This document shows positions 9,985 to 19,958 of a DNA stretch of 54,795 nt, piece after piece. The stretch comes from Thermomicrobiales bacterium. Lineage in GTDB: Bacteria; Chloroflexota; Chloroflexia; Thermomicrobiales; UBA6265. The stretch spans positions 1 to 54,795 of the forward strand of contig JAICKJ010000001.1 of assembly GCA_025928015.1 (NCBI GenBank), in the 5' to 3' direction. The notes beneath the pieces were generated by a model that was not told the origin of the DNA, did no database searches, and saw only the letters and a list, made by a program, of their open reading frames with translations. A program made the translations under genes and the position numbers. The first letter of the stretch is position 1. Each line of letters starts with the position of its first letter.

Positions 9985-12141
9985 ATGGCTCAGGTGATTC
10001 ACGCGTCCACACTCGACACGGTGCCGGCGGAGGCGGTCCGCCCGGCCGGGCAGCCGCGGTTGGAGCCGGCGCCCGACGGACAACGTCCGCGCTTCGACCG
10101 GGGGCTCCTGGCGCCGGCCCTGAAAGATGCCCTGCGCAAGCTCTCGCCGCGGCACATGGCCGGTAACCCGGTCATGTTCCTGGTCGAGATCGGCGCGCTC
10201 TTCACGACGCTTATCCTGATTGCTGATCTCCTTGGCTGGTCCGGCGCGCTCGGTCTTCGCCCCGGTCAGGGCGGCGCCGGCTTCGTGGCCGCGATCTCGG
10301 CCTGGCTCTGGTTCACCGTGGTCTTCGCCAATGGCGCCGAGGCGATCGCCGAAGGGCGCGGCAAAGCGCAGGCCAGCGCGCTCCGGCGGACTCGGAGCGG
10401 CACGATGGCCAAGGTGCTGGTCGACGGCCGGCGCGATCGGATCGAACGGCGCCCGTCCAGCGTGCTGCACGCCGGCGACGTCGTCCTGGTCGAGGCGGGC
10501 GACGTCATCCCGAGCGACGGGGAGGTCACCGGCGGGATCGCGTTGGTTTCGGAGGCCGCCGTAACGGGCGAATCCGCGCCCGTGCTGAAGGAGCCGGGCA
10601 CCGACACGTCCTCCTCCGTGACCGGCGGCACCGAGGTCGTCTCCGATTGGTTGACGATCCGCATCACGGCGGAGCCGGGGCAGACGTTCCTCGATCGCAT
10701 GATCGCCCTGGTCGAGGGCGCGGCGCGGCAGAAAACGCCGAACGAGATCGCGCTGAACATCCTGCTGGCCGGGCTCACGATCATCTTCCTCATCGTCGTC
10801 GTCACGTTGGCGCCACTCGCCCGCTACGCTCAGGCGCCGGCTTCGCTGACGGTCCTGATCGCCTTGCTGGTGACATTGATCCCGACCACGATCGGCGCGC
10901 TGCTCTCGGCCATCGGCATCGCCGGCATGGACCGGCTCGTCCAGCGCAATGTGCTGGCGATGAGCGGCCGGGCGGTGGAGGCCGCCGGCGACGTCGATGT
11001 GCTCCTGCTGGACAAGACCGGGACGATCACCTACGGCAATCGGATGGCCAGCGAGTTCGTCCCCGCGCCGGGCGTAGCGCCGGAGACGATCGTCCGCGCG
11101 GCGCTACGTTCCTCGATGGCCGATACCACGCCCGAAGGTAAGTCGATCGTCGCCCTCGCGAACCAGCTCGGCCAGTCCATGTCGCCAGATGAGCTGTCAG
11201 GGGCCGAGTTCGTGCCCTTCTCCGCCGAGACGCGGATGAGCGGGATGCGCCTCGATGGCCGGGCGACGATGAAAGGCGCCGTCGACGCGATCGACGTCGT
11301 GCTCGGCGCGATGCCGCCCGCGATTCGGCAGGTTGCGGACGAGATCGCCGGGCGCGGCGGCACCCCGCTGGCCGTCATCGACGGTGGCCAGGCGCTCGGC
11401 GTCATTCATCTCAAGGACACAGTCAAGCCGGGCATGCGCGAGCGGTTCGCGGAGCTGCGGCGCATGGGCATCCGGACGATCATGATCACCGGCGACAATC
11501 CGCTGACCGCCCGGACCATCGCGGCCGAGGCCGGCGTCGACGATTTCGTCGCCCAGGCCCGGCCGGAGGACAAGATCCGGATCATCCGCGAGCAGCAGGC
11601 CGAAGGTCGCCTGGTGGCGATGACCGGCGATGGCACGAACGACGCGCCGGCGCTGGCCCAGGCCGATGTTGGCATGGCGATGAACACCGGCACGATGGCC
11701 GCCAAGGAAGCGGCCAACATGGTCGATCTGGATTCCGATCCGACCAAGCTGATTGACGTCGTCGCGATCGGCAAGCAGCTTCTTATGACCCGCGGCGCGC
11801 TGACGACGTTCAGCATCGCCAACGACGTGGCGAAGTACTTCGCCATCCTGCCGGCCATGTTCGGCGTGAGCTACGGGATCGATGGCCAGCATGGGCTGGC
11901 GTTTCTGAACGTCATGCGGCTGACGAGCCCGCAGAGCGCGATCCTCTCGGCGATCATCTTCAACGCCCTGATCATCGTCGCCCTCATCCCACTCGCGCTG
12001 CGCGGCGTCGCCTACCGCCCGCTGGGCGCCGCCGCGTTGCTCCGCCGGAATCTCTTCATCTATGGCCTCGGCGGGATCGTCGCGCCCTTCATCGGCATCA
12101 AGGTGATCGACCTGCTGCTCACGATTGCTGGCTGGCACTAA
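9985..12141 (+). CDS. kdpB: K+-transporting P-type ATPase subunit B
   Basis: TGES, IPTTIG, DKTGT, TGDN and [10 protein letters not shown] motifs; true start at about ATG 9985, not 8128. Confidence 0.97.
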   Translation: MAQVIHASTLDTVPAEAVRPAGQPRLEPAPDGQRPRFDRGLLAPALKDALRKLSPRHMAGNPVMFLVEIGALFTTLILIADLLGWSGALGLRPGQGGAGFVAAISAWLWFTVVFANGAEAIAEGRGKAQASALRRTRSGTMAKVLVDGRRDRIERRPSSVLHAGDVVLVEAGDVIPSDGEVTGGIALVSEAAVTGESAPVLKEPGTDTSSSVTGGTEVVSDWLTIRITAEPGQTFLDRMIALVEGAARQKTPNEIALNILLAGLTIIFLIVVVTLAPLARYAQAPASLTVLIALLVTLIPTTIGALLSAIGIAGMDRLVQRNVLAMSGRAVEAAGDVDVLLLDKTGTITYGNRMASEFVPAPGVAPETIVRAALRSSMADTTPEGKSIVALANQLGQSMSPDELSGAEFVPFSAETRMSGMRLDGRATMKGAVDAIDVVLGAMPPAIRQVADEIAGRGGTPLAVIDGGQALGVIHLKDTVKPGMRERFAELRRMGIRTIMITGDNPLTARTIAAEAGVDDFVAQARPEDKIRIIREQQAEGRLVAMTGDGTNDAPALAQADVGMAMNTGTMAAKEAANMVDLDSDPTKLIDVVAIGKQLLMTRGALTTFSIANDVAKYFAILPAMFGVSYGIDGQHGLAFLNVMRLTSPQSAILSAIIFNALIIVALIPLALRGVAYRPLGAAALLRRNLFIYGLGGIVAPFIGIKVIDLLLTIAGWH

Positions 12142-12155
12142 TGGAGTGAAGCGAG

Positions 12156-12761
12156 ATGCTGAAACAACTACGGACCGCCGTGCTCCTGTTGGTGGTGCTG
12201 ACGGTCCTAACCGGTTTGATCTATCCCGTCGCCATGACCGGCATCGCCCAGGTGCTCATGCCGGGGAAGGCGAACGGCTCGTTGATCCATCGGGACGGTG
12301 CCGTCGTCGGATCGACTCTGATCGGCCAGAGCTTCATTGATCCGAAGACCGATCGGGTCCTTCAGGGCTACTTCCGCGGCCGGCCCTCGGCCGCCGGCGC
12401 GGGGTATGACGCCAGCGCCTCCGGCGGCTCGAACCTCGGGCCGACGAACAAGGCGTTGATTGACCGGGTGAACGCCACCGCGGCCATCATCCGGCAGGAG
12501 AATGGCCTGACTGCGTCCGCGCCGATCCCGGTCGATCTCGTGACCGCCTCGGGCAGCGGGCTCGACCCGGATATCAGCCCGGCGGCGGCCGAATTGCAGG
12601 TCCCGCGCGTCGCCCGGCAGCGCGGCGTGAGCGAAGCGCAGGTGAAGGCGCTGGTACAGAAGCACACGAGCGGCCGCACACTGTGGATCTTCGGTGAGCC
12701 ACGGGTGAACGTGCTGGCGCTGAACCAGGCACTCGACCAAAACTTCCCGCTGGCGAGGTAG
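12156..12761 (+). CDS. kdpC: K+-transporting ATPase subunit C
   Basis: ANGSL...LIGQ; YFRGRPSA; SGGSNLGP; SGSGLDPDIS; VNVLALN. Confidence 0.97.
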   Translation: MLKQLRTAVLLLVVLTVLTGLIYPVAMTGIAQVLMPGKANGSLIHRDGAVVGSTLIGQSFIDPKTDRVLQGYFRGRPSAAGAGYDASASGGSNLGPTNKALIDRVNATAAIIRQENGLTASAPIPVDLVTASGSGLDPDISPAAAELQVPRVARQRGVSEAQVKALVQKHTSGRTLWIFGEPRVNVLALNQALDQNFPLAR

Positions 12762-12767
12762 GGCGAC

Positions 12768-13856
12768 GTGGCCGGCCGGCACGGAACCCTGCGCGTCTTT
12801 CTGGGCGCCGCGCCCGGGGTCGGGAAGACCTACGCGATGCTGCGCGAAGGCCACCGCCTGCGCGATGAAGGGCGCGACGTCGTCGTCGGGTTCGTCGAGA
12901 GCCATGGCCGCGCGGAAACCGAGGCGCAGATCGGCGATCTGGAGGTCATCCCGCGTCGCGCCATCGCCTACCACGGCATCTCGTTGGACGAAATGGACAC
13001 CGACGCGGTCCTGCGGCGCCGACCGGAGATCGTCCTTGTCGACGAGCTGGCCCACACCAACGCGGCCGGGTCGACTCGGGCGAAGCGCTACGACGACGTC
13101 GAACTCCTCCGTGCCCAGGGCATCGACGTCATCACGACCGTCAACATCCAGCATCTCGCCAGCCTGCACGACATCGTCGCCGGCATCACCGGGGTCGACG
13201 TGCGCGAGCTGGTGCCGGACCGGGTGCTCGACGGCGCGACCGACGTGCAACTTGTCGATCTCTCGCCGGAGATGCTGCGGGAGCGCCTGACCCTGGGCAA
13301 GATCTACCCCGGAGCACGCGCGCAACGCGCCCTCGACCAGTTCTTCGAGGAAGGAAATCTGACCGCGCTCCGCGAGCTGGCGCTGCGCCAGACAGCGGCG
13401 GGCGTCGATGACCGTTTGGCCGGGCTCATGATGGGGGAGCCGGACGACTCGCTCCACATGGCCACCGAGCGTGTCGCGGTGCTTGCCGATGACGATGCCC
13501 GCTGGGGCACCGTGCTGCGCCATGGCTGGCGGATTGCGAGCGCGATCCACGCCGAGCTGGTCGCGCTGGCGATCGGCCCGTCCACGCCCGCGATGTGCCG
13601 GCATCAGGAGCTGGCCGGCGATCTCAGCGCGCGCTGGGTTGCGGTGCCGGATGGCTCGATCGAGGAGGCGCTCAGCGCCGCGCTGGAGCGCGAACGCGCC
13701 ACCATCCTCGTGCTCGCGTATCACCCGCGTCGGCGCTGGCAACTGTTCTCGGGCTGCGATCCCGTCGACGTCGTGATGCGGCGGTGCGGTGCGGTCGATT
13801 GTTACCTCGTCCGCCTCGATGCCGATCGCTCGCGGTCGCCGCATGGCGGCGTGTGA
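12768..13856 (+). CDS. kdpD: KdpD N-terminal half (KdpD domain plus Usp-like domain) as a separate soluble protein (KdpN-type)
   Basis: GAAPGVGKTYAML Walker A; LVDELAHTN; TTVNIQHL; GNLTALRELAL; no TM or kinase domain. Confidence 0.92.
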   Translation: MAGRHGTLRVFLGAAPGVGKTYAMLREGHRLRDEGRDVVVGFVESHGRAETEAQIGDLEVIPRRAIAYHGISLDEMDTDAVLRRRPEIVLVDELAHTNAAGSTRAKRYDDVELLRAQGIDVITTVNIQHLASLHDIVAGITGVDVRELVPDRVLDGATDVQLVDLSPEMLRERLTLGKIYPGARAQRALDQFFEEGNLTALRELALRQTAAGVDDRLAGLMMGEPDDSLHMATERVAVLADDDARWGTVLRHGWRIASAIHAELVALAIGPSTPAMCRHQELAGDLSARWVAVPDGSIEEALSAALERERATILVLAYHPRRRWQLFSGCDPVDVVMRRCGAVDCYLVRLDADRSRSPHGGV

Positions 13857-14109
13857 CGCGCGAAATCACCCGATCAGGACCGTGCCGCGTAAGAGAAACG
13901 GGGGCCCGGGGCGGGGAGGGGTGTGCTATCCTCTGGACAGATATCGATGCCCTGGATCTTCGACCGCGAGCACCTCGCGGAGTCGCGTGAAGGAGCCTGC
14001 AGCCACCGGTTTTCCAACCGTTTCGGGATCAGCACGAGGGCAGACGCACCACGACCGCGGGTAAAGCAACGAGGCTTGCGGCGTGCCAAGGAGACATACG
14101 GATAGACCA

Positions 14110-17004
14110 ATGAGCGACCTGAGCGCGTTTTATGGACCCAACGCGGGGTACGTGCTAGAGCTCTACGACCGCTACCTCGCCGACCCTGATGCGGTCGACC
14201 AGGCCACCCGCGACTTCTTCGCGGGGTTCACTCCTCCCTCTCTCAATGGACACGGCACCGCGCTGGCCACCGCGCCGGCGGGCGTCGCAGTCGCGCCCGG
14301 GGTCGATGTGGAGAAGGTGGCGGCGGCCGTTGAGCTGGCGCGGGGCATCCGGGAGTACGGCCACCTCGCCGTGCGTCTCGACCCCCTCGGCTCCGAGCCG
14401 CCCGGCGCCCCCGAGCTCGACCCCGCCACGTACGGCATTACCGAAGAGGATCTGCGGCAACTGCCGGCGAGCATCGTCGGCGGCTTGGCCGCCCGGGGCG
14501 CGGCCAACGCCGCCGAGGCAATCGACCGGCTCTGCGCCATCTATACCAGCAACATCGGCTTCGATTTCGATCACGTCCAGGTCGCCGAGGAGCGTGCCTG
14601 GCTCCGCGATGCCGTCGAATCGGGTGAGTTCACCCAACCGCTCGACGAGCCGGAGAAGCGCAAGCTGCTCGAACGCCTGACCCAGGTCGAGATCTTCGAG
14701 CGCTTCCTCCACCAGACCTACCTCGGCCAGAAGCGCTTCTCGATCGAGGGCACCGACGTCCTCGTGCCGATGCTCGACCGCATCATCGACGATGCCTCCG
14801 CCGACGGCGCGCGCGAGGTCATCCTCGGCATGGCTCACCGCGGCCGGCTGAACGTGATGACCCACATCCTGAGCAAGCCGTACGGCGCGATCATCGCCGC
14901 CTTCGAGGGCGGCCACCGCAAGGGCGGCCCGGCCGCGACCGACGGCACCGGCGAGGACGTCCGCACCGGCGACGTCAAGTACCACCTCGGCGCCCGCCTG
15001 GCCCGCAACCCGGAGACGGGTGAACGCGTCAAGGTGCCCGTCGTGCTGGCGCCGAACCCGAGCCACCTGGAGGCCGTCAATCCCGTCGTCCTCGGCATGA
15101 CCCGCGCCTCGCAGGACGACCGCACCCACCGCGGCCTGCCGGAACAGCACCCGGAACGGACGCTGGCGATCCTGCTCCACGGCGACGCCGCGTTCCCGGG
15201 TCAGGGCGTGGTCGCCGAGTCGCTCAACCTCTCCGGGTTGCGCGGCTATTCAGTCGGCGGCGCACGCCACATCATCGTCAACAACCAGATCGGTTACACG
15301 ACCGAAATCCAGGACTCCCGCTCGACCCTCTACGCCGGCGACCTCGCCAAGGGGTTCGAAATTCCGGTCGTTCACGTGAACGCGGACGATCCCGTCGCCT
15401 GCCTCCAGCTCGCGCACATGGCGGTCGAGTACCGCGAACGATTCGGCAAGGACTTCCTGATCGATCTGGTCGGGTACCGCCGCTGGGGACACAACGAGGG
15501 CGACGAACCGGCGTTCACCCAGCCGCTGATGTATCAGACGATCACGAAGCACCCAACCGTCCGCGCCCTCTGGGCCGAGCGGCTGGTCAACGAAGGCGTC
15601 GTGACCAAGGATGAGGCCGCCGCGATGGAGCAGAAGATGCTCGATCGCTTGAGCAAGATCCGCCACGGTGTCACCGAAGGCACCGCGGACCTCGGCGAGG
15701 AGGAGGACGAGCAACCCCACGGCGAGCGCGAGGAGGTCGAGACGGCTGTTCCCGCCGACAAGCTCCTCAAGATGCACGACGAGATTCACGCCCTGCCTGA
15801 GGGCTTCGCGCCGATCAGCAAGCTCAAGCGGCAATGGGACCGCCGGGCGCAAACGCTGCACCAGGAAGGCGGTAAGGTCGATTGGGCGCACGCCGAGGCG
15901 CTGGCTTTCGCGGCGACGCTCGCCGATGGCATCCCCATCCGCCTCACCGGCCAGGACGCCCAGCGCGGCACCTTCAGCCAGCGTCACCTCGTGCTCCACG
16001 ACGCCAAGACCGGCGAGAACTACTCGCCGCTCGACGTTCTGCCCGAGGCGACCGCCTCCTTCGCCGCCTACAACAGCCCGCTCTCCGAAAACGCGGCGAT
16101 GGGCTTCGAGTACGGCTACAGCGTCCACGCGCCGGAGGCGCTGGTCCTCTGGGAGGGCCAGTTCGGCGACTTCGCCAACGGCGCCCAGGTGATCATCGAC
16201 CAGTTCCTCGTCGCCGCCCGCGCCAAGTGGGGCCAGCTCCCCGCGCTCGTGCTCCTGCTGCCGCATGGCTATGAGGGCCAGGGGCCGGAGCACTCCAGCG
16301 CCCGGCTGGAGCGGTTCCTCTCGCTCGCCGCGCAGGACAACATCCGCGTCTGCAATTGCACCACCGCCGCCCAGTACTTCCACCTGCTGCGCCGCCAGGC
16401 GCTGCGGCTGGCGAGCGATCCGCGTCCGCTCATCCTCATGACGCCGAAGAGCCTGCTGCGTCACCCGATGGCCGCGTCGCCGCTCTCGGAGCTGTCCAGC
16501 GGCACCTTCCGCCCGGTGATCGACGATCCCCGCGCCGCGTCGCGGCGCGACGAGGTCACCCGCCTCGTGCTCTGCAGCGGCAAGGTCGCGATCGACCTCG
16601 ATTCGAGCCCGGAGCGCGACGAGGCGACGCACGTCGCCGTCGCCCGCGTCGAGCAGCTCGCGCCCTTCCAGAACACGGCGCTGCGCGCGGTGATCAATAC
16701 ATACCCGCACCTCGCCGAGATCGTCTGGTTGCAGGAAGAGCCGAAGAACATGGGCGCCTGGACCTTCATGGGTCCGCGTCTGCGCGAGCTGGTCGAGGAC
16801 CGGCTGCCGGTGCGCTACATCGGCCGGCCGGAGCGCTCCAGCCCGGCGGCCGGGTCCGCCGATCAGCACGCCGAGGAGCAGGCCGGCATCGTGCAAGCCG
16901 CCTTCGCCTCGCCGCCGAGCCTCAATGGCCGCGCCGGCAAGCGAGCGGTAGCGACCCGAAGCGCGAAGAACGGCGCGACGGCGAAGGCGGGCGCGCGGCA
17001 CTGA
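14110..17004 (+). CDS. sucA: 2-oxoglutarate dehydrogenase E1
   Basis: GQKRFSIEG; GMAHRGRLN; HGDAAFPGQG; GHNEGDEP; YEGQGPEHSS. Confidence 0.97.
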   Translation: MSDLSAFYGPNAGYVLELYDRYLADPDAVDQATRDFFAGFTPPSLNGHGTALATAPAGVAVAPGVDVEKVAAAVELARGIREYGHLAVRLDPLGSEPPGAPELDPATYGITEEDLRQLPASIVGGLAARGAANAAEAIDRLCAIYTSNIGFDFDHVQVAEERAWLRDAVESGEFTQPLDEPEKRKLLERLTQVEIFERFLHQTYLGQKRFSIEGTDVLVPMLDRIIDDASADGAREVILGMAHRGRLNVMTHILSKPYGAIIAAFEGGHRKGGPAATDGTGEDVRTGDVKYHLGARLARNPETGERVKVPVVLAPNPSHLEAVNPVVLGMTRASQDDRTHRGLPEQHPERTLAILLHGDAAFPGQGVVAESLNLSGLRGYSVGGARHIIVNNQIGYTTEIQDSRSTLYAGDLAKGFEIPVVHVNADDPVACLQLAHMAVEYRERFGKDFLIDLVGYRRWGHNEGDEPAFTQPLMYQTITKHPTVRALWAERLVNEGVVTKDEAAAMEQKMLDRLSKIRHGVTEGTADLGEEEDEQPHGEREEVETAVPADKLLKMHDEIHALPEGFAPISKLKRQWDRRAQTLHQEGGKVDWAHAEALAFAATLADGIPIRLTGQDAQRGTFSQRHLVLHDAKTGENYSPLDVLPEATASFAAYNSPLSENAAMGFEYGYSVHAPEALVLWEGQFGDFANGAQVIIDQFLVAARAKWGQLPALVLLLPHGYEGQGPEHSSARLERFLSLAAQDNIRVCNCTTAAQYFHLLRRQALRLASDPRPLILMTPKSLLRHPMAASPLSELSSGTFRPVIDDPRAASRRDEVTRLVLCSGKVAIDLDSSPERDEATHVAVARVEQLAPFQNTALRAVINTYPHLAEIVWLQEEPKNMGAWTFMGPRLRELVEDRLPVRYIGRPERSSPAAGSADQHAEEQAGIVQAAFASPPSLNGRAGKRAVATRSAKNGATAKAGARH

Positions 17005-17037
17005 GTGGCACGCAATGGAGATGATGGAGAGGATCTG

Positions 17038-17075
17038 GCCAGTGATCTGCGCCTGACTGGGCGCGGATCACTGGC
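17038..17075 (+). other. Intercistronic stem-loop between sucA and sucB
   Basis: GCCAGTGATCTGCGCC...GGCGCGGATCACTGGC, about 16 bp stem with one G-U pair; no U tract. Confidence 0.6.
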
Positions 17076-17114
17076 AATGGACGTGGGGCCGGCCGGACGC
17101 CCGGCGCCTGGGAG

Positions 17115-18473
17115 ATGAGCATGGCAATCGAGATCAAAGTGCCGCCCTTGGGCGAATCGCTCGTCGACGCGGTCGTCGCGAGCTGGCACAAGGGCGAAGG
17201 CGACAGCGTCAACCGCGGCGATGTCCTCCTCGAGCTGGAGACGGACAAGGTCAACCTCGACGTCACCGCCGAGGAGGACGGCGTGCTCGCCAGCATTCAG
17301 CGGGGTGAGGGCGAGACGGTGACCGTCGGCGAGGTGCTCGGCACGCTCGACGCCGGCGCGGTCAACGGCCAGTCGGCCGCGCCGCAGGCCGAAGCCGCTG
17401 CGGCCGCGGCGCCGGCCCAGGAAGCCGTCGCCGTCAGGCCGGAGATGGAGAAGCTGCCGGCACCACAACCCAGTCCCCAAACCGAGGAGAGCCCGGCGGA
17501 GCCGGTCGCGCCCGAGCAGGAGAACGGCGTCCGCGCCGCGCCGACGATCCGCCGGATCGCCGAGGAGCACGCGATCGATCTCGCCAACGTGACCGGAACT
17601 GGCCCCGGTGGCCGCATCATGCGCGACGATCTGCTCGCCTACCTCGCCCGCCAGGGAGCCGCGCCGGCAGTGGCTGTCCCGGTGGCGCCACCCGCACCCG
17701 CGCCGCCACCCACACTTCCCCAAGGAGCGCCCGCGCAAGGAGCGCCTGTGGCGCCGCCGCCGAGTGGGCGGGAAGCCGAGGAGGAGCGCGTCCGGCTCTC
17801 GCGCCGGCGCCAGACGATCGCCCAGCGCCTCGTCCAGGCCCAGCAGACGGCCGCGATGCTGACGACCTTCAACGAGGTCGACATGTCGGCCGTGATGGAG
17901 GTTCGCAAGCGGCGCAGGGAGACGTTCAAGGAGCGCTACGGCGTCAACCTCGGCTTCATGTCCTTCTTCACGAAGGCCGTGGTCGGCGCGCTGAAGGCCT
18001 TTCCGCAAGTGAACGCCGAGCTGCAGGGCAACGAGATGGTCCTGAAGCGCTACTACGACATCGGCATCGCCGTCGGCGTCGAGGATGGGCTGGTCGTCCC
18101 GGTCGTCCGTAACGCCGACCGGCTGAGCTTCGCCGGGATCGAGCAGGAGATCGTCGAGCTGGCCACCAAGGCGCGGGAGAACACGCTCTCGCTGGCCGAG
18201 CTGCAGGGCGGCACCTTCACGATCACGAACGGCGGCATCTTCGGCTCGCTGCTCTCGACGCCGATCCTCAACGCGCCGCAGGTCGGCATCCTCGGCATGC
18301 ACACAATCCAGCAGCGTCCGGTCGTCCGGAATGGCGAGATCGTCATCGCGCCGATGATGTACCTCGCCCTCTCCTACGATCACCGCGTCGTTGATGGTCG
18401 CGAGGCGGTCCAGTTCCTGGTCCGCATCAAGGAGCTGATCGAAGACCCGGAGACGCTCCTGCTCGAAGGGTAG
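17115..18473 (+). CDS. sucB: Dihydrolipoamide succinyltransferase E2
   Basis: Lipoyl motif [14 protein letters not shown]3-binding motif; [10 protein letters not shown]; start may be 17121. Confidence 0.96.
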   Translation: MSMAIEIKVPPLGESLVDAVVASWHKGEGDSVNRGDVLLELETDKVNLDVTAEEDGVLASIQRGEGETVTVGEVLGTLDAGAVNGQSAAPQAEAAAAAAPAQEAVAVRPEMEKLPAPQPSPQTEESPAEPVAPEQENGVRAAPTIRRIAEEHAIDLANVTGTGPGGRIMRDDLLAYLARQGAAPAVAVPVAPPAPAPPPTLPQGAPAQGAPVAPPPSGREAEEERVRLSRRRQTIAQRLVQAQQTAAMLTTFNEVDMSAVMEVRKRRRETFKERYGVNLGFMSFFTKAVVGALKAFPQVNAELQGNEMVLKRYYDIGIAVGVEDGLVVPVVRNADRLSFAGIEQEIVELATKARENTLSLAELQGGTFTITNGGIFGSLLSTPILNAPQVGILGMHTIQQRPVVRNGEIVIAPMMYLALSYDHRVVDGREAVQFLVRIKELIEDPETLLLEG

Positions 18474-18492
18474 GAACGGCACGGGCAACATC

Positions 18493-18525
18493 AACAGCGC
18501 CGGACCATCATGGTCCGGCGCTGTT
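18493..18525. terminator. Hairpin between convergent genes, likely bidirectional terminator
   Basis: AACAGCGCCGGACCA-TCA-TGGTCCGGCGCTGTT, perfect 15-bp stem. Confidence 0.75.
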
Positions 18526-18536
18526 CGTTGTCGCCC

Positions 18537-19013
18537 TCATCGCAGCGGGTGGAGCTCGAAGACACGCCTACCCTCGGCGGCGTCCGACGGACGGTTGAGA
18601 TCGACCCCATCGACGGTGCGAATGAACCAGGCACCGCCCGGTATGCCGCGCGCGAGCGGGCCGAGGACGTCGCGGAAAAACTCGACGCGCTGGGTCGGGT
18701 CCAGCTCGGTCGCGCGCACGTCCTCCTTCCGGCGGCGCACGGTGATGGTTGCGTGGCCGGCCGCGCGCAGATTCCGCACCCATTGGACATCGCCCCAGGG
18801 AGCCCAGACCCAACGTCTGCCCGAGACCTCGATGATCGCCACCGGCGTGGTGCGAGGCAGCCCGCTCTTCCGGCCGCGGATGGTGATGAGCCCATTGAAG
18901 CCCATCGGCACACCAGCGGCCAAGAGGGCCCTGGCGATAGGGTTGAAGAGCGAAAACACCCATCGTGGTGGCATGCCCGATACGCCGGCCGCACTACTCT
19001 TTCGATCGCTCAT
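18537..19013 (-). CDS. Deazaflavin (F420)-dependent nitroreductase family protein
   Basis: TIRGRKSGLPRTTPV...QWVRNLRAAG; AAGGAG RBS before ATG 19013. Confidence 0.85.
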   Translation of the reverse strand: MSDRKSSAAGVSGMPPRWVFSLFNPIARALLAAGVPMGFNGLITIRGRKSGLPRTTPVAIIEVSGRRWVWAPWGDVQWVRNLRAAGHATITVRRRKEDVRATELDPTQRVEFFRDVLGPLARGIPGGAWFIRTVDGVDLNRPSDAAEGRRVFELHPLR

Positions 19014-19202
19014 TTGGGCGCTCCTTTGACCCCGGTTCCGCTTGCCACAAACATCCGCATGACTATCACCTCCATGGTCCCGCAATGGACGCCTAACCTG
19101 GAGACGAAACAGCCCGGCCATTCGTGACTCCGACAGCTGGCGTTCGTGCCGACACGTCCCTGCGAGCGCGAAGTGTGTCAGATGCGCGCGGCGCTCAGGG
19201 TC

Positions 19203-19688
19203 CTACGATGGCGTCTCGTCCTCCTCATGTGGCTCGTGGGCGAGGACGAGCATCGCGGTCGCGAATTCCTTGCGTCGGAAGAAGGTGCGGATCTCCGTCC
19301 ACAGCTCCGGCTCCGTGCGGCCCAGCTCCAGCAGGCGGGGCGAGAAGACGATGCTGCCCTGGGCCCGTTGCTCGGTCATGAACTCGGTCGAGAGCAGATC
19401 GGCGAGGTAGATCGTCCCGATGTCCGCGAACTTCTCCCGGTAGTAGGCGATCAGCCGCGCGATCTGCTCAAGGTCGAGCGTGGCGCCGTCGTCGGCCGCG
19501 AACGCGCCGCGCCAGTCGACCACCGCCAGCAGCTCGTCGAGCAGATCGACCCGCTCGCCATGCCGGACTCGCTCCAGCAGGGCATCGACTTTCGCCCGGT
19601 CGATCGGCAGCTCGTGCGGCGTCTGCGGCAAATCCCGGCCGGGCCGGATGCCGTCGGGCAGCGCGCTGTTCGTGTGCTCATCACTCAT
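19203..19688 (-). CDS. Hypothetical protein
   Basis: 161 aa, native high-GC3 codon usage, helical; no recognised domain. Confidence 0.7.
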   Translation of the reverse strand: MSDEHTNSALPDGIRPGRDLPQTPHELPIDRAKVDALLERVRHGERVDLLDELLAVVDWRGAFAADDGATLDLEQIARLIAYYREKFADIGTIYLADLLSTEFMTEQRAQGSIVFSPRLLELGRTEPELWTEIRTFFRRKEFATAMLVLAHEPHEEDETPS

Positions 19689-19958
19689 GCGTCGTCGTGT
19701 CCTGTTCTTGCGTCCCGATCGTCCCTTCCATGCCGGAACCCTACCATGCGAGGTCCGACCGGGACGGTCTGGTACCATGGGGCCGGCATCGCCCGCGCGG
19801 TGTCGCGATCCGGACGCCGCGAAACCAGACCCGCCCCGGCGGCGTCATGACAGGGGACGGCCGGCCGACCTGCGCTGGCCAATCCGGTTCCGCACCGCAT
19901 CATCGTCCGTCCCGGCCGCAGCCGACATCCCCGCCGGGACCACGGAGAAGAGCAGTTC

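Noticed and set aside
8128..12141. 1337-aa ORF suggesting a giant KdpB or KdpA-KdpB fusion
   Set aside because: The first 619 codons are an Arg-rich alternative frame of kdpA; KdpB homology begins at about 9985
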